From Octopus sinensis (lineage: Eukaryota): a stretch of 64,000 bases of DNA. Shown here piece by piece: positions 52,820 through 64,000 of this stretch. The position numbers and the translations under genes are program-made. The notes under the pieces were generated by a model. That model saw only the letters and a program-made list of their open reading frames with translations, did no database searches and had not been told where the DNA came from. Where the stretch lies: positions 40,858,001-40,922,000 of the forward strand of contig NC_043012.1 of the NCBI RefSeq assembly GCF_006345805.1, given 5' to 3'. Numbering within the stretch: the first letter of the stretch is position 1; each line of letters opens with the position of its first letter.

Positions 52820-52852
<33 letters not shown>

Positions 52853-52985
52853 CGCCGCTAACCGCCGCTGCCGCCGCTGCCGCCGCTGCCGCCGCTGGCC
52901 GCCGCTGCCGCCGCTGCCGCCGCCTGCCGCCGCTGCCGCCGCTGCCGCCGCGCCGCCGCCGCTGCCGCCAGCCGCCTGCCTGCCG
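52728..52985. repeat. (CCG)n/(CCGCTG)n GC-rich trinucleotide tract
   Basis: Read directly from the sequence. Confidence 0.95.
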
Positions 52986-53318
52986 TCGTCTGTCACCGCT
53001 ACAATAACGGGAACAACAGCAGCAGCAGTAGCAGCAGAAGCAGCAGAAGCAGCAGCAGTTTGTATGAATTACAATAATTAGAACATTAGAACAACATCGG
53101 GTAAAAGTGAAGAACAAAGAGAGAGAGAGAGAGAGAGAGAGCAGCAGCGGCAGCAGCAGCAGCAACAGCAGCAGTAGTAACAGCATCAGCTACTGTCTGT
53201 GACGGTAACAGCAGCGGCAGCAGCAGCAGTAGTGACATTATCACATCAATAGAAAAGAGGTAACAGGTAGAAAGAAACATCGTCTCCATTACCATCATCA
53301 TCATCATCATCATCGTCG

Positions 53319-53350
<32 letters not shown>

Positions 53351-53785
53351 GTCATCATCAAAGTCGTCGCCATCATCGTCGTCGCCATCATCGTCGTCGT
53401 CACCATCACCACCATCATCATCATCATCGTCAGACGGTTGTAGGAGGCTGTAGAAACAGACAGCGCAGCTTAGTATAGAATTTGTCGATCGATAGTGTAT
53501 ATATATAAATGTATATATATATATATATATATATATTTATACGCACACACACACATACAAACATACGTAGGTACGTCGTGTGTGTTGGAATATATATATA
53601 TATAGATGCGTGGTGTTTGTGTATAAATACATGTGCATGTGCCCACACACACGCGCCTCCCACCCACATATGTACATACAAAAACTACATACATACATAT
53701 ATATATATATATTATATATGTGTGTATAACATAATATATATATATATATATATTTATATTTGTATATAAATATATATAATATATG

Positions 53786-53858
<73 letters not shown>

Positions 53859-54802
53859 AATAATTGTTGTGTGTGTATATATATATCTCGTAAGATCCGA
53901 CTGGAATAAATCCCGGTATTGTTGTTCTCCGCACCGTCATCACTACCATCTAACATCATTGCACTATTAGTACCACTACCCGCTGCACAGCAGCAGCAGC
54001 AACACTACCAACTCCACCACCACCACCACCACCACCACCACCATACTGCACTACCATCATTACCATATTTCCTACCATTTTCTACTTCCAGTTCTACCAA
54101 TATGCAACACTAGTACCACAACCACCACCACCACCACTTTACACCTAAAACTCTACCTGCAACTCTCAAGCGCACCACCATTGCCGCTGCCATCAGCTAA
54201 TTTAATTCCCATCTGTCATCTACCACTGTCACTACCACCACCACCACCTCCGCCATCACCACCCGCCACTACCACCCACCACCACCACCTCTACCACCAC
54301 TAACCACTATCACCACCAAAACCACCATCACCACCACCACCACCACAACCACAACCACCACCATCACCCCACCCCCAATACCGCCACCACTCACTTTAAA
54401 CTTCAAATCTAGCCATTTCTCCGCCATCATCTTCTTCCCACCATCCATTACTCATGACCACCATTCTACCATCACCGACACTCCACCATTACTCCATCAC
54501 CTTCAATCATTCTCCAGCAATGGACAGGTCAGAATTTCGTCCTCGCGTTGAACTAAAAATCGTCTGTAGGGCCTCCGACGGTCAATTCCGACTGTACATC
54601 TACATGTGTATGCCGTTTACCTCTTGATTTGTTTCAGTCATTCGACTGCGCCAATGCTGGAGCACTGTCTCCAAGGGTTTTTCTCGAACAAAATCGACGC
54701 CAAACTTATTTTTAAAGCCCAGTACTTATTCCATCGATCCATTTCGCAGAACCACTAACACCGGTTTCAAGTGGTTGTTGGATAGGCACAAGTACAAACA
54801 CA

Positions 54803-54852
<50 letters not shown>

Positions 54853-55423
54853 ACACACACACACATACCCCCACACGCGACGGGCTCCTTTCATTTCCCA
54901 TCTACCAAATCCCCCCAGGAGGCTTTGGTCAACCCAGGGCTGTAGCAGACGACAGCTGCCCATGACAGCACGCAGTAAGACAGTCCTTGAACTCCTGTGC
55001 TTAGGAAGGGAAACTTTCTACCACACAACAATGCCAGCACCTAAGGGGAAAGCTGAGCAAGACGTTTTCAGGAGAGCTGAGATGATGCATGCAAGCCTCC
55101 TCTTCACAGCACTTTTAGTGTTTATCCAAAGAAAAGGCCGTCGCCGCCTTGGACCAGAATAACTTGTTAGCGTCGGGGGACAAACGGGTGGACCAAATAC
55201 CACAAATACCACCCTTTAAGTTCTGCAAATCCATCGACTTTGATTGGAACAGTTATATCAACCATCATAGCATAAAAAAGTAAAGTTGATTCCTACTGGA
55301 TTTGAACTCAGACATAAGGAGTCGGATCAAGGACTGCGAGATATTCTATTCAACACTTTGCCAATTCACTACCTTAAATACACATAATCACGTGATAACA
55401 CATAGGCAGCACGTTCCAATATT

Positions 55424-56022
55424 TATTTCTTTATTACCCACAGGGGCTAAACACAGAGGGGACAAACAAGGACAGACAAAGGGATTAAGTCGATTACATT
55501 GACCCCAGTGCATAACTGGTACTTATTTAATCGACCCTGAAATGATGAAAGGCAAAGTCGACCTCGGCGGAATTTGAACTCAGAACGTAGCGTCAGACGA
55601 AATACCTATTTCTTTACTACCCACAAGGGGCTACATACAGAGGGGGCAAACAAGGATAAACAAACGGATTAAGTCGATTACATCGACGCCTGTGCGTTAC
55701 TGGTACTTATTTAATCTATCCATAAAAGATGAAAGGCAAAGTCGACCTCGGCGGAATTTGAACTCAGAACGTAGCGTCAGACGAAATACCTATTTCTTTA
55801 CTACCCACAAGGGGCTACATACAGAGGGGACAAACAGGGATAAACAAACGGATTAAGTCGATTACATCGACGCCTGTGCGTAACTGGTACTTATTTAATC
55901 TATCCATAAAAGATGAAAGGCAAAGTCGACCTCGGCGGAATTTGAACTCAGAACGTAATGGCAGACGAAATACCGCTGAGCATTTCGCCCGGAGCGCTAA
56001 CGATTCTGCCAGCTCGCCGCCC
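55424..56022 (-). mobile_element. Family-A SINE tandem trimer (183 + 184 bp truncated units plus one full-length unit)
   Basis: Junctions cagacgaaatacc|tatttcttt at 55606/55607 and 55790/55791. Confidence 0.9.
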
Positions 56023-56764
56023 TAGCACGCCCTAATATTAACGTAGCAACGGTATATTTATAAACTATAGTACATACAGTGGCGGACCTCTTTTCTAGAA
56101 TTTCCAGATATTCAAGAGTACGGTGCAATATCGTACTTTAATCCTCTTTTGAATAATCTGACCCTGTTTTTGAAGTTCGTTAATTTTCCCAGAGTGTTAA
56201 AAATAGTTTTGTACTTTACTCTCCAAGGTGGACTGGTAACGATCAAACATACTCCGCCTGTATCTGTTAAATCAAAACCACGTTCTTTACTTGTCTTTGT
56301 TTGATGTTCATCTTTTAAACATTGTACTGTACTCATGGTGCCGTGTGAAGGTGCATGGCTCAGTGGTTAGAGCGTCAAGCTCACAATCATGAGGTAGTGA
56401 GTTCGATTCCTGGACCGGGCTGTGTGTTGTTTTCTTGAGCAAGACACTTTATTTCATGTTCCTAAAGTATAAAAGACCTATAAAAGGCCGAGTGAAATGA
56501 GTATTCCTCCAAAAGGTTTGTTCTCTATAAGTCTGATACATAACTGCTGAACGTTTTCAGGAGTTTTGTTCATGGCAAGAGAGGCGCCACAACCGAAACG
56601 GTTACCATCATCAGTTTTGTAATCATCCCAATTTCTTTCAAGAGCCTCAAATTTACATTTCCTTTGATCTGCATCAGTCAAGCTTAACCCGTCATTTTTT
56701 ATAATAATTGCTGTGTTGTTTAGAGACTGTATCAAGAAAGTCGCACATTAAATGACTCTTTGCA

Positions 56765-56798
<34 letters not shown>

Positions 56799-57069
56799 GG
56801 TTACCGTGGTATTTTCCGTAGGCTTTTCTTTCCACGGGTAAACCTCACCTGTCCTCCCCTTTACACTTTATATTGACATTTCTGTGATAACGATCCCTAT
56901 TGATCGATTTTTTTCCTTTTCCTTTTATTTTCTATCCCAGCCCATTTTTTTGTCCTCTTTCTTTCCTTTTACGATGCCTTTTGATCGAAAACCAAACCCC
57001 CTTTTTTTACCCCCAAAAGAAAAGCTCTACCTTGTAAGTTGTCCTGTGTGTGCAGCCCTGCGTGGCTAA

Positions 57070-57079
57070 TAAAGAAACA

Positions 57080-57169
<90 letters not shown>

Positions 57170-57170
57170 C

Positions 57171-57232
<62 letters not shown>

Positions 57233-57273
57233 GTCTTTCTGTCTGTCTGTCTGCCTGCCTGTCTGTCTGTCTA

Positions 57274-57304
<31 letters not shown>

Positions 57305-57380
57305 GTCTATCTGTCTATCTGCCTGCTGACTGTCTGTCTGTCTGTCTGCCTATCTATCTATCTGTTTGTCTGTCTGTCTT
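57070..57380. repeat. (TCTA)n/(TCTG)n microsatellite
   Basis: Read directly from the sequence. Confidence 0.95.
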
Positions 57381-57759
57381 CTAATCTGTAGAGCAGGAGA
57401 TAGTCAGGGGATGTATATAAACAGGGATCATCTATAAGAAATTGGGGAACATTTCCTGACACTAAGACGTTGGGTACACCATTCTGAGAGAGAATTGGTC
57501 GTAATACCTTTTGAATGGTTTAGGATCACAAATAACATTTAGCCATCTTGAAAAGCAAGATGGAAACCGTTACTATGGGTTTTGTATGGTGTCACTAATG
57601 AATAACTCAAATAAGCAATATGTATGTTAGTATTCGTGTATGTCTTTTGTGTGTGTTGCCCCTGGTTAGGGTATACGCAAGGTTGCCGTTATTTCTATAC
57701 GCGGTCCTGATCTGACATTTGATTCAGATATCTGAATGTAAAAATCATCTGTAAAGATG

Positions 57760-58110
57760 GCAGTCAAATGTATTAGTCACCACCCGTTATGAAGGAGAAA
57801 CTATCAATCACATGTATCAGTCAAAAAGAACCTATCAGTCTAACGGAAACTATCATTCAAATATATCTGTCACCAGAAGATATCAGTTAAATGTGTCAGT
57901 CATTAAAATGATTAGTCATCAGATGTCAATCAAATGTATCAGACTTTAGAAGATCTCAGTCAATTGTATCAAACATCGGACGATGTCAATCAAATGTGCC
58001 TCGAAAGAAACTATCAGTCAAGTTTATATTAGTCATCAGAAGACATCAGTCAAATATATGAGTTAATGCAAGACATCAATCAAAATCAAGCAGTCACGAG
58101 GAGATACCAA
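57760..58110. repeat. Degenerate minisatellite with an ATCAGTCA core
   Basis: Recurrent atcagtcaaatgt / atcagtcaccagaag variants. Confidence 0.65.
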
Positions 58111-58211
58111 ACTCACATCTCCAGAAGATATGGAATTGAAAAGAGAAAAAAAGAATTCTTTTCTTCCTTCATTATCTCGTTTATTTCAAAGAAAAAAAAA
58201 ATAAAGTAATA

Positions 58212-58267
<56 letters not shown>

Positions 58268-58937
58268 GATGCAACGTTTTACTTGACTTTGGAAAAAAAT
58301 GTGTTGTTTTAAGAGTACATTTAATGTAGGTTGAATGTAGTGAAAGCAAAGGAAACAAAAATGGTAATAGGCAAGAATTTGATATTTTATCATATTTTGA
58401 AAGAAATTGAATGCCATCTATTTCCGCTGGAATAAAAGCGAAAAATTAGACAAATGGTTATTCTATAAAGTTAACATTTAGAAACTGTCTAAGAAGAATT
58501 TCTGACAAAAATACGAAGATAAAGTTTTATCTATTTTTACAAACAGATATGACTAAAAGCATGTATATCTATTTAATGGACGTATGGACGTGCATGAGCA
58601 TAAATTAGACGATGTGCAGATACAGACAAGGGTCTGCGCAGTTTTGGAAATGATGCATGCATTTATTACTAGGTATGGTTATGTATATATATTTTCTTTT
58701 ACTTGTTCCAGTCATTAGACTGCGGCCATGCTTGGGTACGACCTCGAAGAGATTTTAGCGGAAAAAATTGACCCCTTCCAGGACTAATTCTTTTTAAGCC
58801 TGAGACCTAGTCTTTCATTTTCTTTCCTCGAATACATCTAAGTTACGGGGACGTAAACGCACCAGCACCGGTTGTCAGGTGGTGGTGGTGGTGTTGTTAT
58901 TGCAGTATCTGGTCCTGAATTATATATATGTATATGG

Positions 58938-58973
<36 letters not shown>

Positions 58974-58987
58974 TATAATATATATAT

Positions 58988-59036
<49 letters not shown>

Positions 59037-60053
59037 TGTCTGTGTGTCTGTCTGTTCGTCTATTTGTTTTACTGTCTGCATGTATTAATGCGTATGTGTG
59101 TGTGTGCAGTGCATCCACACACAGACACACACACACACGCACACACACATACATATATATTCATGTATGCATGTATTTCTCTCTTTGGTCGAACATGTAA
59201 ACCTAACACACGTGCGTTTTTCTTTCCCAGCCTTCTTTCCCTTTTTCATCTGCTTTTCTCATCTTAGCCTCCGCTGGACTTTCTATGATCAATCGACGAA
59301 GGACCATTTCCGAAACGTCATACTGTGCCTGTGTAACTTCTTTCATTCCTTGGGCGTCAACCTAATGCTATTAGTTGTAATCGTCCCTTAGATTTTTGAC
59401 ATTCATGCCTGATGATTGTCTCATCTTGTCAGATGACAGTTGTCTCAGTGATGACCATGGGGCGTCTGTTCTTCATTGGATTTCAGTGGCAAAAGCTTGT
59501 ACAACATTATTGGTCACTCTCTTGGTCGCCATTGTGGGTTCCAGTGATAAGCATTGCCAAGACGACTGGCAACCATTTTGACTGTAAGTCTTATGTCAGA
59601 GCATCTTTCTCCTATAAGAGCTACATTCTCCACAGCTTAGACCAAAATAAAGGGAGCCTCCTCTAATGCCGGGGAATTTATTTAACTCATGGATGGGACC
59701 CTGATAAGTACTTCCGCTCCGGGTCAGAACGGACCTAGGAGTAATGATAGTCAAGAGGTTACTCCATGCTTCGCACAATTCCATAAATTCCCGACCGGGA
59801 CCGGTTTAATGTCATACTAATCCATCCAGCCATCCATTCATCCATCCAACCATCCAGCCAGCCAGTCAGCCAATCAGCCAAACAGCCAACCATCCATCCA
59901 TCCAACCACACACACACACAAACACACATACACACACACATCAGTATCATTCTTGATGTCAGACCCTCCTGTACTCCTGTATTTTCGAGTACATTGGGCA
60001 ACAAGTGAAAACAGCTGGTTTCATCTCTAACCGAGATGCTTTCATGTAATCAC

Positions 60054-60088
<35 letters not shown>

Positions 60089-60202
60089 CCCTCCTCCTCC
60101 TCCTCCTCCTCCTCCTCCTACTACTACTACTACTACTACTACTAAGTTGTGAAAGTTTTACACTGGAAGCTTTGTCAGAAATAGAGATTTGAAATCGTAG
60201 GT

Positions 60203-61010
60203 GCATGGTATGGGCCTCGGGTCGAAAGAATGCTGGAGTCGGAGAAATGAAAAATTCTGTGGGATTTTTCTACTCAAACGGATTAAGAGGCTAAAAAATA
60301 ACAAACCAGAAATAACAATAACAGACGATGGAAAACGAAGATGCTTAGTAATTGATCCATCATCTCCGTTTGACTCCAGGATTGGTGAAGAAAGAGAAAA
60401 ACAATCCCTTAAGATTAGAAACTGCAAGAATATGGAGTATGAAAACTGTAAAGGTTGTGGCTGTTGTAATTGGTGCATTGTAAACTGTAAGTAAAGATAT
60501 TGGAAGCACTCCGTCGGTTACGACGACGAGGGTTCCGGTTGATCCGATCAACGGAACAGCCTGCTCGTGAAATTAACGTGTAAGTGACTGAGCACTCCAC
60601 AGACACGTGTACCCTTAACGTAGTTCTCGGGGATATTCAGCGTGACACAGAGAGTGATAAGGCCGGCCCTTTGAAATGCAGGTACAACAGAAACAGGAAG
60701 TAAGAGTGGGAGAAAGTTGTGGTGAAAGAGTACAGCAGGGATCACCACCATCCCCTGCCGGAGCCTCGTGGAGCTTTAGTTGTTTTCGCTCAATAAACAC
60801 TCACAACGCCCGGTCTGGGAATCGAAACCGCGATCCTACGACCGCGAGTCCGCTGCCCTAACCACTGGGCCATTGCGCCTCCACAAGTAAAGATACAGAG
60901 AAATAATTGCAAGAAATTGGAATAGAATGTCGTGTAGAGAGCTTCGACAGAAAGTTTGCCTCTCAGGAACATTATCAGGAGGGTTTTAAGCACTTGAAAG
61001 ACTATCGGAA
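60203..61010 (+). mobile_element. R4/Dong-like RLE endonuclease remnant split by a SINE; second remnant at 61100-61265
   Basis: KILWDF...NKPEI...CLVID.SSPFD...KVVAVVIGAL, resuming after the SINE as SKDTEK*LQEIGIEC. Confidence 0.75.
60500..60884 (-). mobile_element. Full-length, CpG-rich tRNA-derived SINE (family D) with an 11-bp TSD
   Basis: Head gtggaggcgcaatggcccagtggttaggg...ggtttcgattccc; TSD AAGTAAAGATA at 60489-60499 and 60885-60895. Confidence 0.88.
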
Positions 61011-62219
61011 GCTTGTGGATACTTAAGGTTACAGGAAGTATCCTGTTAGCCACATGTATTCTGCCAAAATAAGAACGAACCTGAGTCAGATCACCACTGA
61101 GAACAATAATAGTTTCATATATGTTGTTGGCTCTTTGGAGACTATAAGACTAAGCTCACGAACTGAACTGAAAATATAGGAATAAATGTCAAGGTTCATC
61201 TTGTAGAGAAAATAGCGTCGCTTGAATACGGACCACTCTTGCGCAGAGTTCTCGAAATCTAAATAGTGTTAGCTTACACATTGTGACACTTTATTACACT
61301 CCTCAGCGAAGGTGTTTTATTGAAGAAAAAATAACTTTATCACTTGGATAGAAGAACTAGGAATCTTCTCGCAATGCACAACCCACACCATCCTTAAATT
61401 AATACTGACAAACTCTACCTACAAAAAAGAAAGAAAAAGAAGGAGGCGAAGGATTATTAAACTCAGATCTTGGGGGCGAAAATCTATAACGGGGCTGAAA
61501 AATTATATCGTGCATTGTGAAGAAAAGAATACTCTAGGCAGCTAGAGATACACCTAAAGTTATTAAAATAGTGGACGAATTTAAGAAAAGAAAGAACCAA
61601 AAGGTAAGCAGGTGGAAGGAAATGAAATTAGACATTTATGTAACAAACCGAGAATGTTGGAAGTAAAGAACGCTGGCTCCGGCCGTCGAACAGAAACCCG
61701 AAATGAGAGACCGAAACCCGAATTACGGTCATTGACAAACAATCCATTAGGACGAATCTGATGAAGGCAAAGATCGAGAAAATGGAGTCAAAGAGCAAGT
61801 GTGGATTGAGCGGGAAAAAAGCCGCAAGTTTAAACTATCTGTTCATTGAGTGCAGTAAGCTAGCACGAAAGAGTATAAGCGTATGTATGACTGTGCTGGT
61901 GAAAGAGTTAACGAGGATGTTAGCCGAGTGTGGGGCTTGAAATAGGAGGGGTGTCGGTGCGCACCACAGGCTGAGAATTACAAGAGCTTTATTTTCGCCA
62001 GTTATAAAACTGAAGCTTAAAGACTGGTGGTGTAAGGGAGACGCTGGCTGCTCCCTTTCATATTTTACATTTCAATTTCTATAATTTCGAATTTTTATCA
62101 TTTTTTATTTTTGAACTCGACAAAGACAGGCTTCCTGTCGCAATTATCGATTACAATCGCATCACGCACTTCGTCTTACTTGTTTGCTTTTGTGAAGAGT
62201 TACGTCAATCCTTTTTAAA

Positions 62220-62494
62220 ATATGATGATAATAATAATAATAGTAAAATAATAATAATAATAATAATAATATAATAATAATAATATAATAATAATAATAA
62301 TAATAATAGCATAATAATAATAGAATAATAATAATAATAATAATAATATGATAATAATAATAATAGCATAATAATAATAGTAATAATAAATAATAATAAT
62401 AATAATAATGATAATAATAATAATAGCAATAATAATAATAGTAATAATAATAATAATAATAATAATGATAATAATAATAATAGCAATAATAATA

Positions 62495-62525
<31 letters not shown>

Positions 62526-62554
62526 TGATAATAATAATAATAGCAATAATAATA

Positions 62555-62591
<37 letters not shown>

Positions 62592-62617
62592 TAATAATAA
62601 TAATAGCAATAATAATA

Positions 62618-62648
<31 letters not shown>

Positions 62649-62845
62649 TGATAATAATATAATAGCAATAATAATAATAGTAATAATAATAAATAATAAT
62701 ATAATGATAATAATAATAATATAATAATATAATATAATAATAAATAATAATAATAATAATGATAATAATAATAATAGCAATAATAATAATAGTAATAATA
62801 AATAATAATAATATAATGATAATAATAATAATAGCAATAATAATA

Positions 62846-62876
<31 letters not shown>

Positions 62877-63020
62877 TGATAATAATAATAATAGCAATAA
62901 TAATAATAGTAATAATAATAATAATAATAATTAATAATGATAATAATAATAGCAATAATAATAATAGTAATAATATATAATAATAATAATAATGATAATA
63001 ATAATATAGCAATAATAATA

Positions 63021-63051
<31 letters not shown>

Positions 63052-63193
63052 TGATAATAATAATAGCAATAATATAATAGTAATAATAATAATAAATAAT
63101 AATATAATGATAATAATAATAATAGCAATAATAATAATAGTAATAATAATAATAATAATAATAATGATAATAATAATAATAGCAATAATAATA

Positions 63194-63238
<45 letters not shown>

Positions 63239-63366
63239 TAATAGCAATAATATAATAGTATAATAATAATAATAATAATAATAATGATAATATAATAATA
63301 GCATAATAATAATAGTAATAATAAATAATAATAATAATAATGATAATAATAATAATAGCAATAATA

Positions 63367-63411
<45 letters not shown>

Positions 63412-63653
63412 TAATGATGATGATGATGATGATAATAATAATAATAATAATAGTAATAATAATAATGATGATGATGATAATAATAATAATAATAATAATA
63501 ATAGTAATAATAATAATAATAACAATAATAATAATAGTAATAATAATAATAAATAATAATAATAGTAATAATAATAATAGTAATAATAATAATAGTAATA
63601 ATAATAATAATAATAATAGTAATAATATAATAATAATAATAATGATAATAATG

Positions 63654-63684
<31 letters not shown>

Positions 63685-63816
63685 TAATATAATAATAATG
63701 ATAATAATATAATAGTAATAATAAGAATAATAATAATAATAATAATAATATAATAATAATAATAATAGTAATAATAATAATAGTAATAATAATATAATAA
63801 TAATAATAATAATAAA

Positions 63817-63858
<42 letters not shown>

Positions 63859-63922
63859 GATAATAATAATAATAATAATAATAATAGTAATAATAATAAT
63901 AATAATAATAATGATAATAATG

Positions 63923-63996
<74 letters not shown>

Positions 63997-64000
63997 AATA
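62220..64000. repeat. (AAT)n array with higher-order 57-63 bp periodicity
   Basis: Unit gat(aat)4 agc(aat)4 agt(aat)n; ATG markers at 62408, 62465, 62525 and 62588. Confidence 0.9.

Noticed and set aside
55424-56022. Regular ~184-bp repeats as a CRISPR-like array
   Set aside because: These are eukaryotic SINE multimers without unique spacers or cas genes.
59282-59322. TCGACGA-A-GGA..TCC-GAAACGTC hammerhead-like run
   Set aside because: Helices II and III and the GUC triplet fit, but core positions 3-4 and helix I register do not.
61271-61310. Minus-strand CTGAGGA-GTG..CAC decayed hammerhead candidate
   Set aside because: GAAA is lost and helix I is unpaired; too degenerate to support.
107-64000. 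Long low-complexity ORFs in the track (poly-Y/I/L, H/T, K/E, A/G; e.g. 1691-2378, 34034-34941, 52542-53186, 62162-63525)
   Set aside because: They are translations of microsatellites, with no splice or domain support.

Overview
AT-rich, microsatellite-saturated animal DNA. The tRNA-derived SINE families and repeat spectrum are those I recognise from Octopus genomes (recognition, not a search). A 100-N scaffold gap (29867-29966) splits the window. Left of it are six in-frame GT-AG exons (8524-19823, + strand, 486 nt = 162 aa) of a POMGNT1-like GT13 glycosyltransferase; I could not find its 5' exons or its catalytic 3' half. I found no supportable host gene right of the gap. That side holds a decayed Penelope-like element (RT + C-terminal GIY-YIG), a 5'-truncated RTE/BovB-like LINE, several mariners, R4-like endonuclease remnants, SINEs and simple repeats. 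Nearly all ORFs in the supplied track are microsatellite or repeat artefacts. The most notable hidden signal is six type I hammerhead-ribozyme-like motifs at five loci, in four unrelated short repeat families, mostly beside (TA)n tracts. Two have near-canonical cores, one has a long helix II loop and one has U6. Two, in a 126-bp inverted repeat with a 13-bp target-site duplication, have an inverted G3-C8 tertiary pair. All folds were made by eye and none is shown to cleave.
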